Shown here one piece after another: positions 24,784 through 36,500 of a stretch of 64,000 bases of DNA; position 1 is the first letter of the stretch; each line of letters begins with the position of its first letter. The notes beneath the pieces are model-generated. The model saw only the letters and a list, made by a program, of their open reading frames with translations. It ran no database searches and had not been told where the DNA came from. The DNA is from Heteronotia binoei (lineage: Eukaryota): positions 26,784,001-26,848,000 of the forward strand of contig NC_083233.1 in assembly GCF_032191835.1 (NCBI RefSeq), read 5' to 3'. The position numbers and the translations under genes are program-made.

Positions 24784-26080
24784 GTTGCTACCCATGCCGA
24801 CTGGTGGTACGTGCTTTGATTGCATGCTCCAGAACCATAGCCTGGCAGTCTAACCAATGCACTGATGACTCTTTCACCTGTCCAGTTTAGGCTCAATGAA
24901 ATCAGGATTTCAAATGTCTTTATTATATTTTTACCCCACTTTTCTCCCCAGTACTTTCTCCCAAAGTAGCTTTGAAATATGCACTTTGGACAAGTTTAAA
25001 TGCAGCATGATAGAAACAACAACAACAAAAAAGCAAGACATCCTGAGTGGATGTCCACCTGGTTAATCCAATGGCCCAAATGATGAGATTCAAGAGCCCC
25101 TTAGGCTCTTGCCCTTCAGCTGGTACCCAAGGCTTCTCACCCCTGGCCACACCCAGGCTATAAATTCCTGCAACTGGAAAGAGAAAATATGCTCTTTCTG
25201 GATGTTTCAATCTAGTAACCATTTTACCTCAGTTCCTCTGCCTTAAGAAGAATTAAGGGGACTGAACTGTTGGATACTGTAACTCTGCATGCAAGACAAG
25301 AGAGGAGGTCCTACAACTGATAGACGAAGTAAAAAATAATAAGTCACCAGGTCTGGATGACATACATCCAAGAGTTCTGAAAGAACTCAAAGTTGAACTT
25401 GTGGATCTTCTGACAAAAATATGTAATCCTTCATTGATATCTGCCTCCGTTCCTGAGGACTGGAAGGTAGCAAATGTCCAACCCCCCCCCCCCCCCGGTC
25501 TTTAAAAAGCGTTCCAGAGGAGATCCAGGAAATTACAGGCCAGTCAGTCTGACTTCAATACTGGGAAAGTTGGTAGAAACCATTATCAAGGACAGAATGT
25601 GTAGGCACATTGATGAACATGGGTTATTGAGGAAGACTCAGCATGGGTTCTGTAAGGGAAGATCTTGCCTCACTAACATGTTACATTTCTTTGAGGGGGT
25701 GAACAAACATGTGGACAAAGGAGACCCAATAGATGCTGTTTACCTTGACTTCCAGAAAGCTTTTGATAAAGTTCCTCATCAAAGGCTCCTTAGAGAGCTC
25801 AAAAGTCATGGAGTAAAAGGACAGGTCCTCTTGTGGATCAAAAACTGGTTAATTAATAGGAAGCAGAGAGTGAGTATAAATGGGCAGTCTTTGCAGTGGA
25901 GGATGGTAAGCAGTGGGGTGCCGCAGGGCTCAGAACTGGGTCCCATGTGCTTTAACTTGTTCATAAATGATTTGGAGTTGGGAGTGAGCAGTGAAGTGGC
26001 CAAGTTTGCAGATGACACTAAATTGTTCAGGGTGGTGAGAACCAGAGAGGATTGTGAGGCACTCCAAAGGGATCTGTTGA

Positions 26081-26195
26081 ATCCTCAAAAGGCACTGAAT
26101 TTCAAATCTGCTCAAGATCTCATGTCAGTTCTGGCATTTAGATGCTTGTTTTAACTTCCAGGGTCTGCTTTGTAAAGGAAGGGAGTTCTTTGTTT
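26081..26195 (+). repeat. 115-bp insertion in the CR1 RT, identical to 30361-30475
   Basis: Exact match at offset 4280. Flanked by an 11-bp direct repeat ggatctgttga (26070-26080 and 26196-26206). Confidence 0.95.
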
Positions 26196-26951
26196 GGATC
26201 TGTTGAGGATGGGTGAGTGGGCGTCAACGTGGCAGATGAGGTTTAATGTGGCCAAGTGCAAAGTAATGCACATTGGGGCCAAGAATCCCAGCTACAAATA
26301 CAAGTTGATGGGGTGTGAACTGGCAGAGACTGACCAAGAGAGAGATCTTGGGGTCATGGTAGATAACTCACTGAAAATGTCACGACAGTGTGCAATTGCA
26401 ATAAAAAAGGCCAACGCCATGCTGGGAATTATTAGGAAGGGAATTGAGAACAAATCAGCCAGTATCATAATGCCCCTGTATAAATCAATGGTGCGGTCTC
26501 ATTTGGAATACTGTGTGCAATTCTGGTCACCGCACCTCAAAAATGATATTATAGCATTGGAAAAAGTCTAGAAAAGGGTAACTAGAATGATTAAAGGGTT
26601 GGAACACTTTCCCTATGAAGAAAGGTTAAAATGCTTGGGGCTCTTTAGCTTGGAGAAATGTTGATTGCGGGGTGACATGATAGAGGTTTAAGATTATGCA
26701 TGGGATGGAGAAAGTAGAGAAAGAAGTTCTTTTCTCCCTTTCTTACAATACAAGAACTCATGGGCATTCGATGAAATTTCTGAGCAGTCAGGTAAAAACA
26801 GATAAAAGGAAGTACTTCTTCACCCAAAGGAGATTAACATGTGGAATTCACTGCCACAGGAGGTGGTAGCAGCTACAAGCATAGCCAGCTTCAAGAGGGG
26901 GTTAGATAAAAATATGGAGCAGAGGTCCATCAGTGGCTATTAGACACTGTG

Positions 26952-26986
<35 letters not shown>

Positions 26987-26987
26987 A
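26952..26987. repeat. (TA)n(TG)n microsatellite in the CR1 3' UTR
   Basis: Seen directly. Confidence 0.9.
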
Positions 26988-27436
26988 TAATTTTTTTGGC
27001 CACTGTGTGACAGAGTGTTGGACTGAATGGGCCATTGGCCTGATCCAACATGGCTTCTCTTATGTTAAGAGTATCTGGGATGGAAAGAGTTAAGATAAAT
27101 CTCTCACTTATGTACACTTGGCAGCTGGTCCCAACCTCTAATTGGTTAGATGTTGAGCCTCTTTGGCCTTTGCTTGCCTTCTGTTTCCTCTTACACAGGA
27201 CTTTGCTGCTTCTGTCTCTTATATGGGCTTGGAGCTATAGCAAGCTAACCTTTCTGAAACTAATCTGTTCCCAGTAAGTTAAATGTACGTTCATGAATAT
27301 GTCATGCAAAATGTGCTTCTATTTTGTAAGTGAAATTTCTTGCTCTTGTTACCATTGGAGTCAAGTCATCTTTGTAATTTATTTGAACAATATTTTCCTC
27401 GTAACCAAAAAATGTGGAAAAACAGGGATACTGTGT

Positions 27437-27439
27437 AAA

Positions 27440-27479
<40 letters not shown>

Positions 27480-27577
27480 GGGGGGAGGGAGAGAGAGAGA
27501 CCACCTTGAGAAAATCTTGGAGGGCAGGGTGGAACAGAGCTTTGGAAAATCTTGGAGGGCAGGGTGGAACAGAGCTT
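27437..27577. repeat. (TG)n(AG)n microsatellite followed by a 37-bp tandem duplication
   Basis: gaaaatcttggagggcagggtggaacagagctt occurs twice (~27509 and ~27546). Confidence 0.85.
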
Positions 27578-30059
27578 GCAGGCCAGAGTGGGCATGTTCC
27601 ACCACTATAGATTTTACATTTTAACCCAAAATGAACACCACTTTGGAAGTCCGCTCTTCTTTCATAGAACTGCTTCCAGGACTGCCCTTCCCTAGCTAGT
27701 TTAAAATAACCCACTGCAGACCACACATGTCTCCAGCCTCACAGGTTCTGATTGCAAGGCATCTGGATCTCTCAACATCACATCATTCCTGTCTGTTAGA
27801 ATAATGATGGTCTGAGTGGTTCCAGATGTGTTTGCCATGGCCATTTGTCTGGGTAATGGATGTTTACTCTTACTGTTTCTCAGTGGTGGAGCATCTGGCA
27901 GCATCTTCATACCTTGCCTTCCTGTTCCGGACCTGACACCTGAAAAAAGGGGGGCAGGTATATTTTTTTTAATGCCGTGTTAAAATGATGTCAAGAAGGA
28001 TGCAGAATAGGAGCAGAGAAGGCTGCTCAAAAGCAATACAATATTAAAATGCTACAAATGCTTCAAGGCAAAGAAGAGAGAGAGGATTTAGTCTGGAAGA
28101 TCTTTTATTTGGAGACAGGCCATAAACCTGCAGTGCTGCATTCACAGGAGGAAGACTTGTAAAGGTAAGCTTCAAGCAATGTTACAGAAAGCTTGGCGAC
28201 ATGTCTCCAAGGAAGCAATTTGCTGTTGGCCCTACTGTACTCCGTTTTGGCTCCTCACAGAAGGACAGGGCACTGTGAATAGATTCTGGGGCTGAGATTT
28301 TTAGCTCCTTCTAACCTCTGAGAATATGTTAGGAATGGTGCAGTGGAGACTGTAACAGCAACATTTCTTCTGCGAAGCAGTGTTTCCTTGAAGGGACATG
28401 GTGGAAACACGATGTGGTCTTCATGGTGGATTATTCATTTTATTAGACTGCTATTTAGTTTTGGGATTTTTGAAACCATACATTCCTCAGGGCCGTTACA
28501 GCATTTGTGAAAATCCATGTTGAAGTTCTTAATCTTTCCACCTCCTTCTTCGTACCTTATGGGGCATGTTTCCTTTGTAGCTCTTTCATCCCACCATTTT
28601 ATAAACTATCCCTCCCTTGCTCACAGCCATAGAACAAGTGGGGGCAATAGGCCTATTATCCTACCTTGAATGGTGATTGGCCTTGCCCAAGAGTCTCGCC
28701 CCAACACACAAACTGTTGGTGATTCATAACAATTCATAGATATGAAAGTACATGTAGAACTTTGGACTTTGCAACAGGATTATAGAAGCTGCCAGCAGTT
28801 TTGAGGAAATCCAACACAGCCAATTCCTGCAGGTAAGTTTACAGCCAGCTCTATACATCAGCTGCCGCAAGTTGAAAACACTGGGCTTTTGAACAGAGCA
28901 GTCATTTGGGTATCTCCCTCACCTGGGTCATCTGGGTCATCTCTCAAATAGACCTATGGAAAATAGAGAGGAAATCAGATGCTACTCTGCCTTGGATACG
29001 TTTGTTGGAAGGCTAGGAATGGTTCTTGCTTGGCTGGTTCATGCTCCAGCCCCTGTATTCATCCTCCCAAGACCAGTCATCTTTTAATGTCCAAACAGAG
29101 AGAAGCATTGCTCTGACTCCTATTGAATTCCAGTGGCCATTAGTGGTAGTAGATATGTATGAAGTCTACACCATACATGTAGCAGTGTAACATAGTATCA
29201 TTCACATAAGGAAGGGAGGAGGGTTACATGCTTTGTGTTCCTCTAGTAAAACCTCTCCTAAAAAATAGCTTACCAAAAGATCTACCCTCATCCTCTAGCA
29301 GTTTACCAGTTATTTATATGGATTATTTTGACAAATATACCCCTTTCCAATTCTCAAGTGGAATGGGCCATGATTTTACTACCCAGAGCCTGACTAGGCA
29401 TTCTCTGAGGTAGGGCAGCTTCTGAGGTTCAGGGCTTCAAGTGGGGCCCACTGACTTTCCCCAGCCAGCTCACTTGTGAGTCCTTTGCCACCAACACTCT
29501 TGACTGCATGTGCTGCCCAGAAGTGCTGGGGAAGGATGTGTAGGCAATGCATAGTGGTGGTGCATATGGTGGTGGCTATGGTGGCACTCCCAGCTGCATG
29601 CAGTGCCCAGCATAGCTGGAGAAAGGGCATGCAGGCAAATGTGAGCAAGGGCAGAGGGAGGGCTGTCAAGTGTATGGGGGAAGAATGTGCAGGCAGGGCA
29701 CATAAGTCGTTGGGTGGGATTGGGTCTGGGCGGTAAGCAGAGAAGGGGAACTCTAGGACCTCACTGCCTAGATTTGGAACCAGTCCTGCTGCTACCTCAG
29801 CCATTTCATCAGCCTAACTTTGGAGTTTTCTAGTCACAATCTGGTCCAATCTGGGAAATAGGAGGAAATTTGGGGGGGTGAAGTTTGAGGAGGGCTGGGT
29901 TTGGAGAGAGGAGGGGTTTCAGTGGGATATATCGCCATACAGCCCACCTTCCATTTTCTCTGGGTGAACTGAATTCTCTAAACTGGACATAAGAGTAATC
30001 CCAGGAGATCTCTGGCCATCACTTGCAGGATGACAACTGTAAAAAATGAATTTTGAGCC

Positions 30060-30240
30060 AGAAGGGTAAATCATACCCTTGGCCTGTCAATGTCAGTGTT
30101 GTCTTCTCTGACTAGAAGCAGCTTTCCAGGATCTCAGACTGAAGTTTTTCACTTCACTGGCTTCTTTTAATTGTTGATGGCAGGGATTGAACCTGGGACC
30201 TTTTGCAAAACAGGTAGGCAATCACCTGACTCATAGTGTC
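30060..30240 (-). mobile_element. Old Squam3/MIR-type SINE
   Basis: gggattgaacctgggacctttt (B-box region on minus) and gtcttctctgactagaagcagctttccaggatctc core. Confidence 0.65.
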
Positions 30241-30616
30241 CCATTCTGCCATTTGTGCAGATCAAGCCTCAGTAGGACAGTGCACCCAGTCCAGCAAAGC
30301 AACCTGAGCAGAGCAAATCTCAAAACACGTACGTCTGTCGGTGATGAATTTTATATTTGAATCCTCAAAAGGCACTGAATTTCAAATCTGCTCAAGATCT
30401 CATGTCAGTTCTGGCATTTAGATGCTTGTTTTAACTTCCAGGGTCTGCTTTGTAAAGGAAGGGAGTTCTTTGTTTGGAGCTGTGCTCTTGCTGCTTTTCC
30501 TGCCAGATTTTGAGAGCATATTATAGAAACAGAAAGCATCACTGCAACACGGCAAGGCTTCCTTTGCAAACCCTTTGGCTGTGCTGCGAAAGGTACACAC
30601 AATTATGCTTCATTAC

Positions 30617-30858
30617 CTGATCATTGTATTAGATGACAAGTTTAAATAGCAGCTGATTTCCTGGAGTTGCTTGAAGGAATGTTGCACTCGGTTGCCTGAT
30701 CCAGTTAACCAATCACGTCCATCTTGCTTTTTGTTGTTTCCTTGTGCTGAAAATGCACTTCTCCATTTCTCTTTGTCTAGGCCAAGGAAGGCAGACGCCA
30801 TCTCGAATGCCATTTCGGCTACATTAAGGTTAGCCTTGTTATATGAAAAAAGAAAGCC
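30617..30858 (-). CDS. Candidate internal exon of an unidentified gene (GFLFSYNKANLNVAEMAFEMASAFLGLDKEKW...SSNTMIR)
   Basis: Acceptor gcttgcttcag, donor CAG|GTAATG, 242 nt open in phase 0 to 2 (the only open frame from this acceptor), locally retained CpGs. No homologue recognised. Confidence 0.35.
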
Positions 30859-31179
30859 CTGAAGCAAGCTCTCTCTCTCTCTCTGCTGATAAACATCTGT
30901 TACTAAACACTTCTCGTGCATTCATCATGAGGCTGATCTTTGAACTCAACCAGAAATGTTCTTGGAAAGTTTCAAATGCCAATTTTGGCTATTGTGTGTA
31001 TTCAAATGTAAGAAGGAAAATAATTGTACTTCAGGTCACCACTCATTTCCCTGCATTATTCAGCTTGGCCATGTTTTAATATAGTAGTAATTTTGCTCCC
31101 CCTTCCCACATACATACTCTACATACTTCGATGCATGAAGTTCTGAAATCCATTCATTCTCAAAAGCAGTTTTGCATCT

Positions 31180-31635
31180 AAGGTTGCCAATCCCCGGTTG
31201 GGGGTCAAGGGATCCCTCGGTTTGGCGCCCCTCCCCTTGCTTCAGGGTTTTCAGAAAGTGGGGGATGGGGAATGTCTGCGGGGCACTCATGTATACCCTA
31301 TGGAGACCAATTCCTATAGGATATCTGGGGCACAGGGAGCTATTTTTTTTTAAGTAGATGAACCAAATTTTCAGCATAGCATCTGGTGCCTCTCCTCAAA
31401 ACACCCGCCAAGTTTCAAAAATATTAGATCGGGGGTCCAATTCCATGAGCCCCAAAAGAATGTGCTCCTATCCTTCCTTATTTCCAAATGGAGGGAAGGC
31501 ATTTAAAAGGCATGCAATCTGTTTATATGTGATGGCCAGAACTCCCTTTGGAGCGTAACCATGCTTGTCACAACCTTGCTCCTGGCTCCATCCCCGAAGT
31601 TCCCAGATATTTCTTGAGTCAGATCTGGCAACCCT
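31180..31635 (-). mobile_element. Non-autonomous DNA transposon with AGGGTTGCCA terminal inverted repeats
   Basis: Starts aggttgccaa and ends tggcaaccct. The interior is the reverse complement of 33904-34388. Confidence 0.75.
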
Positions 31636-32129
31636 TTCTGCAACTCTGCCCTGTCAAACTTCTTGATATCAGATGTGAAGACTTCTGGTATCAGAGACAT
31701 CATTAGGAGAGGGCATATAAGGCCAAAGATGCTACAGAGGGGACATGTGGTTACCCATGGCAACAACAGCTCCTCGTGATATCTACAGACTGTCCTTCAA
31801 GAAGGGCGCCTCACATTGCCAAAGAAAATGCATCGCAAATAAGATACAGGGGGTCAAAACAAATATGACAAAGTTCTTGGGTTTCCACCAGACTTTAAGT
31901 AAATCATGCATACTGTGGACACTTCAAATACCACTTAGCTTTGTTCCTTAAACTGAATGCTTCCATGCTGTTATTAGCAGCTTTGAAGGGGGAAGTGATA
32001 TGTTTTAAAAGGCATTTGTCTTTTTCTTTTCCTTTAAAAAATCACTAATGACAGTCAAGGGAGCCACATATCTGTTACATTTTTATCTTACCTTTCTTCC
32101 AAAGCACTCAGGGCAACTTACATCATTCC

Positions 32130-32290
32130 CCATTTCTCCATTTTATCCCCACAACAATCATGTGAGGTAAGCTGGGCTGAGAAAGAGTGACTATCCCAAG
32201 GTCATCCACAGAACTTTATGATGATTGGTGGGCAGGGCGCTTTTACCTGGATCACAGTAGTCCTGGTCTGGCACCTTAATGACTACATTG
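32130..32290 (-). mobile_element. Degenerate tRNA SINE of the second family (Squam2-like)
   Basis: ccccacaacaatcatgtgaggtaagctgggctgagaaagagtgac...cccaaggtcatcc...gactacattgcactgg resembles 35743-36010. Confidence 0.55.
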
Positions 32291-32366
32291 CACTGGGTTT
32301 TTTTTTTCTTTTGTATTTTTGTATTTTTAAAAATGTGCGTGTGTGTGTGCATTCATGTGTGTGTGT

Positions 32367-32579
32367 CTGCACCTGGAAGTCATGTCAACCTCCGGTGACT
32401 GACCACTATTGGGGGCCTGGAGGATATTCAGGGAGGTGACTGAATAAAGCCTGCTCCCATCTCCTGACTGCTGGTATTCCAAGGATGTCTCCCATCCAAG
32501 TACTTTCCAGGGTCGGCCCTGCTTAGCTTCCAAGATCTGATGAGATTGGGCTGACCTGAGCTATCCAGGGCAGGGCTAC
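32367..32579 (-). mobile_element. 5S rRNA-derived SINE (5S-Sauria-like)
   Basis: The reverse complement of tctcccatccaagtac...ccagggtcggccctgcttagcttccaagatctgatgagattgggc is the 5S head. The body is shared with 57597-57790. Confidence 0.85.
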
Positions 32580-33218
32580 ATTGTGCTGGTTTTCATTAAC
32601 AAAACCAAGTGGGATGCGGAAGGTTAAATCCCATCTTTCCTTCCCACATGGCTATGGTCTGAATGGCAGCAGTATATGCAATTAACTTACTGCAGGCTGA
32701 GAAATTTGTGATCTTCACTGCATCTATTTTGGGTCACAGTTGGCTAAAATACAATGCAGGTGTCCAGCAGAGCTATCATCACTCCAAGCAGATAATGACC
32801 AAATGTTTTATTACTTTTTGTATGATTTGCATTTTTGTAACCGTTTCAGTTATTTATTGTCTGCTTTGTGGATTGGCTTCTAATTTGTAATGGTATGGCT
32901 TTATTTGCGATTTCCATAGTATTGTTGGGGAGGGGGGTTGGATATATTTAATGTTCAGTGCTGATTAGCTGATGTACAACTCCTGATGAAAATGGAATGA
33001 GAAACATTCGGTGCAAAGAAACAGAAAATAATTGTGAATAAAAGAATAGCAGGTTTGAGTTGCCTGAAGGGAGAAATGGAATCCAAATGAGACTTTTGAG
33101 ACCAACACAGAAGAGTTGTGAAATTCAAACTCACCCCTAATAGCAAACTTCGATGAATTGTGGGGTTTGTAGCAAGTTATCAAGATATAGAAGGAAGGAA
33201 ATTGTCATCAGTTCTCAC

Positions 33219-33405
33219 CAGGGTTTTCTTTTTTTATATAGCAGGAACTCTGTTGCATGTTAGGCCACACACCCCTGATGTAGCGAATCCTCCAAGAGCT
33301 TACAGGATCTTAGTACAGGGCCTACTGTAAGCTCCAGGAGGATTGGCTACATCAGGGGTGTGTGGCCTAATATGCAAAGAAGGTTCTGCTACAAAAAAAG
33401 TCCTG
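33219..33405. mobile_element. Full palindromic hAT MITE (CAGGGCTTTTTTT family)
   Basis: Near-perfect hairpin. 8-bp TSD gttctcac at 33211-33218 and 33406-33413. Confidence 0.9.
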
Positions 33406-33903
33406 GTTCTCACACACTTTTCTTATATTTTAACAGAGTCCTCCTAAGGAGAGTTACAACCTTTATTGTCCACTGAAGTCAATGGGTTTAGAAGGGTGTA
33501 ACTCCCCTTAATATTGCACTTCAAAAGACCAGTAAAATTGTTTGGCAATATTTTCTTTGCATGGACTTTATGTTTCTTTTTGCACTCATAGCAAACAGTA
33601 ATTGTCATGGCAAGGGGGAGTAATCTGGGGGACCATAATTTGCTATTGTTTTCATAAATTCTAAAGGCAAAACTATATTTTGAATCATGCTCAGCTCCCC
33701 TTTCACAAAATTCCATTGTGTTGTTTCATATCTACACAGGCATTCGGCTTCAGGGCTGCTTTCTGCAAAACTACATTTCCCATTATTCTATAGGATACGA
33801 ATGGACCTTTTAAACCCTTGCTACCTGTGCCCCAATGCTGACATCCTTCCACATTCAGCACTGGGATGGACAGATGTCTCCCCACCCACAAAGTTGCCTG
33901 CAT

Positions 33904-34388
33904 AGGGTTGCCAAATCCAATTCAATAAATATCTGGGGACTTTCGAGGTGGAGCCAGGAGACATTGGGGTGGAGCCAGGAGCAAGGGTGTGACAAGCATA
34001 ATTGAACTCCAAGGGAATTCTGGCCATCACAGTTAAAGGGACAGCACACCTTTTTAAATGCCTTCCTTCCATAGGAAATAATGAAGGATAGGGTCACCTT
34101 CTTTTGGGGATCATAGAATTGGACCCCCTGGTCCAATCATTTTGAAACTTGGGGGGGGGGGGTATTTTGGAGAGAGGCACTAGATGCTATACTGAAAATT
34201 CGGTGCCTCTATCTAAACATACAGCCCCTCCAGAGCCCCCGATACCCGCAGATCAATTCCCCATTATTCCTATGAGAATCGTTCTCCATAGGGAATAATT
34301 GCCCAGTAGACATTTCCCTCCCCCCCCCCGCTTTCTGATGACCCTAATGTGGGGGGGAGGGCCTCCAAATCCGGGGATTGGCAACCCT
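33904..34388 (+). mobile_element. Non-autonomous DNA transposon with AGGGTTGCCA terminal inverted repeats
   Basis: agggttgccaa...ttggcaaccct termini. A homologous interior also occurs at ~40060-40380. Confidence 0.8.
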
Positions 34389-34461
34389 CTCTCTCTCACA
34401 CACACACACTTACTGGGTCTGGTTACTCCACAACGGCATCTGAAAAGAACAGGGGCTGTGC

Positions 34462-34465
<4 letters not shown>

Positions 34466-34538
<73 letters not shown>

Positions 34539-34540
34539 AC
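34466..34540. repeat. (CT)n(CA)n compound microsatellite
   Basis: Seen directly. Confidence 0.95.
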
Positions 34541-35079
34541 TTAGTTGCTCTGAAACGAAAGCAAAACAAACCTAGGGACTGTGTTGCTGACCCTTCCCAT
34601 GAAGTACTTCCTGCTCAACTTTAAAGGCACACAGACACACACACACGCATTTTGAAACCGACCTGTTTGCAGGTTTCTAAACCTGCTCAAGATCTAGAGC
34701 TGCATGGTGGCTGTAGGGGCCGGGCTTCCCTTGCCAGCCAGCTGGCTGGAGGCGGGGGGAAGCCTGTAAAACTGGGGGATCCCCCACTGGGATCTGGGGA
34801 TTGGGAAGCCGATGCCTGCAACATCCCCTCACTACCTTAATTGAGGGGTGGAGTAAAGCAGCATTTGTTTCAGGGTTTCGTTGCACAAAAAACTACATTT
34901 CTCTTGATTTGGGATGTGCATGAACCAGGACAATGAAACTCATTTTGGTTCGTGGTTTGTGGCATACCCAGTTCATGAGCCATAAAATGTCATAAACTTT
35001 TAGCCCACAAATGAATCAGTTCAGTTCATAAGGTGTGTGATGTGGTATAACATGGTAGAATCTTGATGTCGTAGAATCT

Positions 35080-35272
35080 GGGTCTGTCAATATCAGTATT
35101 GTCTACTCTGACTGGCAGCAGTTCTCCAGGGTCTCAGGTTGAGGTCTTTCATATCACTTCATACCTGATTCATTTTAACTGATGGTAGGGATTGAGATCA
35201 TGTAAATGGGGATCCCCAAGACTGAACTTGAGTCCTCCTGCATGCATGTTGTCTACTACTGAGCCACATAGC
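35080..35272 (-). mobile_element. Old Squam3/MIR-type SINE with a small internal duplication
   Basis: tcagtattgtctactctgactggcagcagttctccagggtctcagg core and ctactactgagcc head on minus. Confidence 0.7.
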
Positions 35273-35669
35273 CTTACCGAAACCTTTCAGTTAGTCTTGT
35301 CATTTTCTTTAACCAAAAACAGAAACCACAGAAAGAATATCTTTTATTAGGAACAACCAAAATGACACTAAACACTGTGCAAAGTTTTTTTTTCTCTAGA
35401 CCTCTTCAAAAGGGCAGATTTACTTTCTTAAAATAAAGAGTGAAGAAGAAACAATTGGATGTTTCAGGCCATGATCTTTAAGGCCTTGTCTTGTTAGCAT
35501 CCTCATGTGAAATGCTGGGCAAGGCAGGTTACACTTCTGGCCTTCTCAAAAGAAGCAAAATATCAAATCTTTATTTTGTTTTTTCTCTTGAAAAATCCAT
35601 CTCCTGGGTGCAAGATCTAAGCTAGCAGCATAAATGATATTGGAGAAAACACCAACATAAATGATATTG

Positions 35670-36010
35670 GAGAAGAAGAAGAAGAAGAAGAAGAAGAAGA
35701 AGAAGAAGAAGAAGAAGAAGAAGAAGAAGAAGAAGAAGAAGAAATTGGATTTATATCCTGCCCTCCACTCCGAAGAGTCTCAGAGCGGCTCACAATCTCC
35801 TTTACCTTCCTCCCCCACAACAGTCACCCTGTGAGGTGGGTGGGGCTGGAGAGGGCTCTCACAGCAGCTGCCCTTTCAAGGACAACCTCTGCCAGAGCTA
35901 TGGCTGACCCAAGGCCATGCTAGTAGATGCAAGTGGAGGAGTGGGGAATCAAACCCGGTTCTCCCAGATAAGAGTCCGCACACTTAACCACTACACCAAA
36001 CCAGCTCTCC
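35670..36010 (-). mobile_element. tRNA-derived SINE of the second family (Squam2-like) with a long (TTC)n tail
   Basis: Head gagagctggtttggtgtagtggttaagtgtgcggac...ccgggtttgattcccc on minus. (GAA)~24 at 35670-35742. Homologous to 37566 and 51266. Confidence 0.85.
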
Positions 36011-36294
36011 ATTCTTAGCTTTGAGAAAATGTGGTTAGAAATATCATTAATATGGTGAAGAATTCCCATGAAACACAACTACATTGGTATAACCTTTCTA
36101 TGACTGAAAGGTATACATAACTCATAACAGCGTAAAATGTTTTACTGTTGTTACCAAATGCAGATTTGCTACAGATATTCTGGATTGGTACATTTATGGA
36201 GAACTTTGGGAGTCAGATATGGAGGATCGCCAAAGTTATGGCACTCTCTGTAAACCCCAACAGTACGTTTAAGTGATGTAAGTGATATTATAAA

Positions 36295-36500
36295 ACAAGA
36301 CTCACTGGAAAAGATGATAATGCTAGGAAACTAAGGCTGCAGGAAAAGAGGAAGGCCTAATGTGAGCTGGATTGACTCAATCAAGCCACCCATGCCCCTC
36401 AGTTTGCAAAACCTGTGCAAGGCTGCTAATGATATGATGTTTTGGAAGCCATCCATACACAGGGCTGCCACAATTCAGAACCAACTTGACAGCACTTAAT
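36295..36500 (+). mobile_element. Old RTE/BovB-like LINE 3' fragment
   Basis: gataatgctaggaaa...ggaaaagaggaagg...tggattgactcaatc...cttgacagcac is a typical RTE 3' end. Confidence 0.6.

Larger units (their letters stand above)
25296..27066 (+). mobile_element. Young 5'-truncated CR1 LINE (RT and C-terminal part of ORF2 + 3' UTR)
   Basis: KSPG.D.IHPRVLKEL, GNYRPVSLTS, QHGFCKGRSCLTN, YLDFQKAFDKVPH, SGVPQGS, KFADDTKL, QMRFNVAKCKVMH, RSHLEYCVQFWSP. Typical CR1 3' end ending ggcttctcttatgtt. Confidence 0.95.

Noticed and set aside
28778-28832. Plus-strand exon-like segment with a perfect CAG|GTAAGT donor (IIEAASSFEEIQHSQFLQ)
   Set aside because: Isolated. The nearby plus-strand candidate ending at ~28165 does not join it in frame, and no chain could be built.
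30341-30378. C/D-box snoRNA (TGATGA...CTGA) overlapping the donor of the templated insertion
   Set aside because: Only ~38 nt from box C to box D, with no terminal stem. Too short.
32470-32579. 5S rRNA gene
   Set aside because: Diverged from 5S, fused to a repeat body, dispersed, and lacking the oligo-T terminator. It is a SINE head.
34253-34624. ORFs with ERERER / SLSLSL / THTHTH repeats
   Set aside because: These are translations of a (CT)n(CA)n microsatellite.
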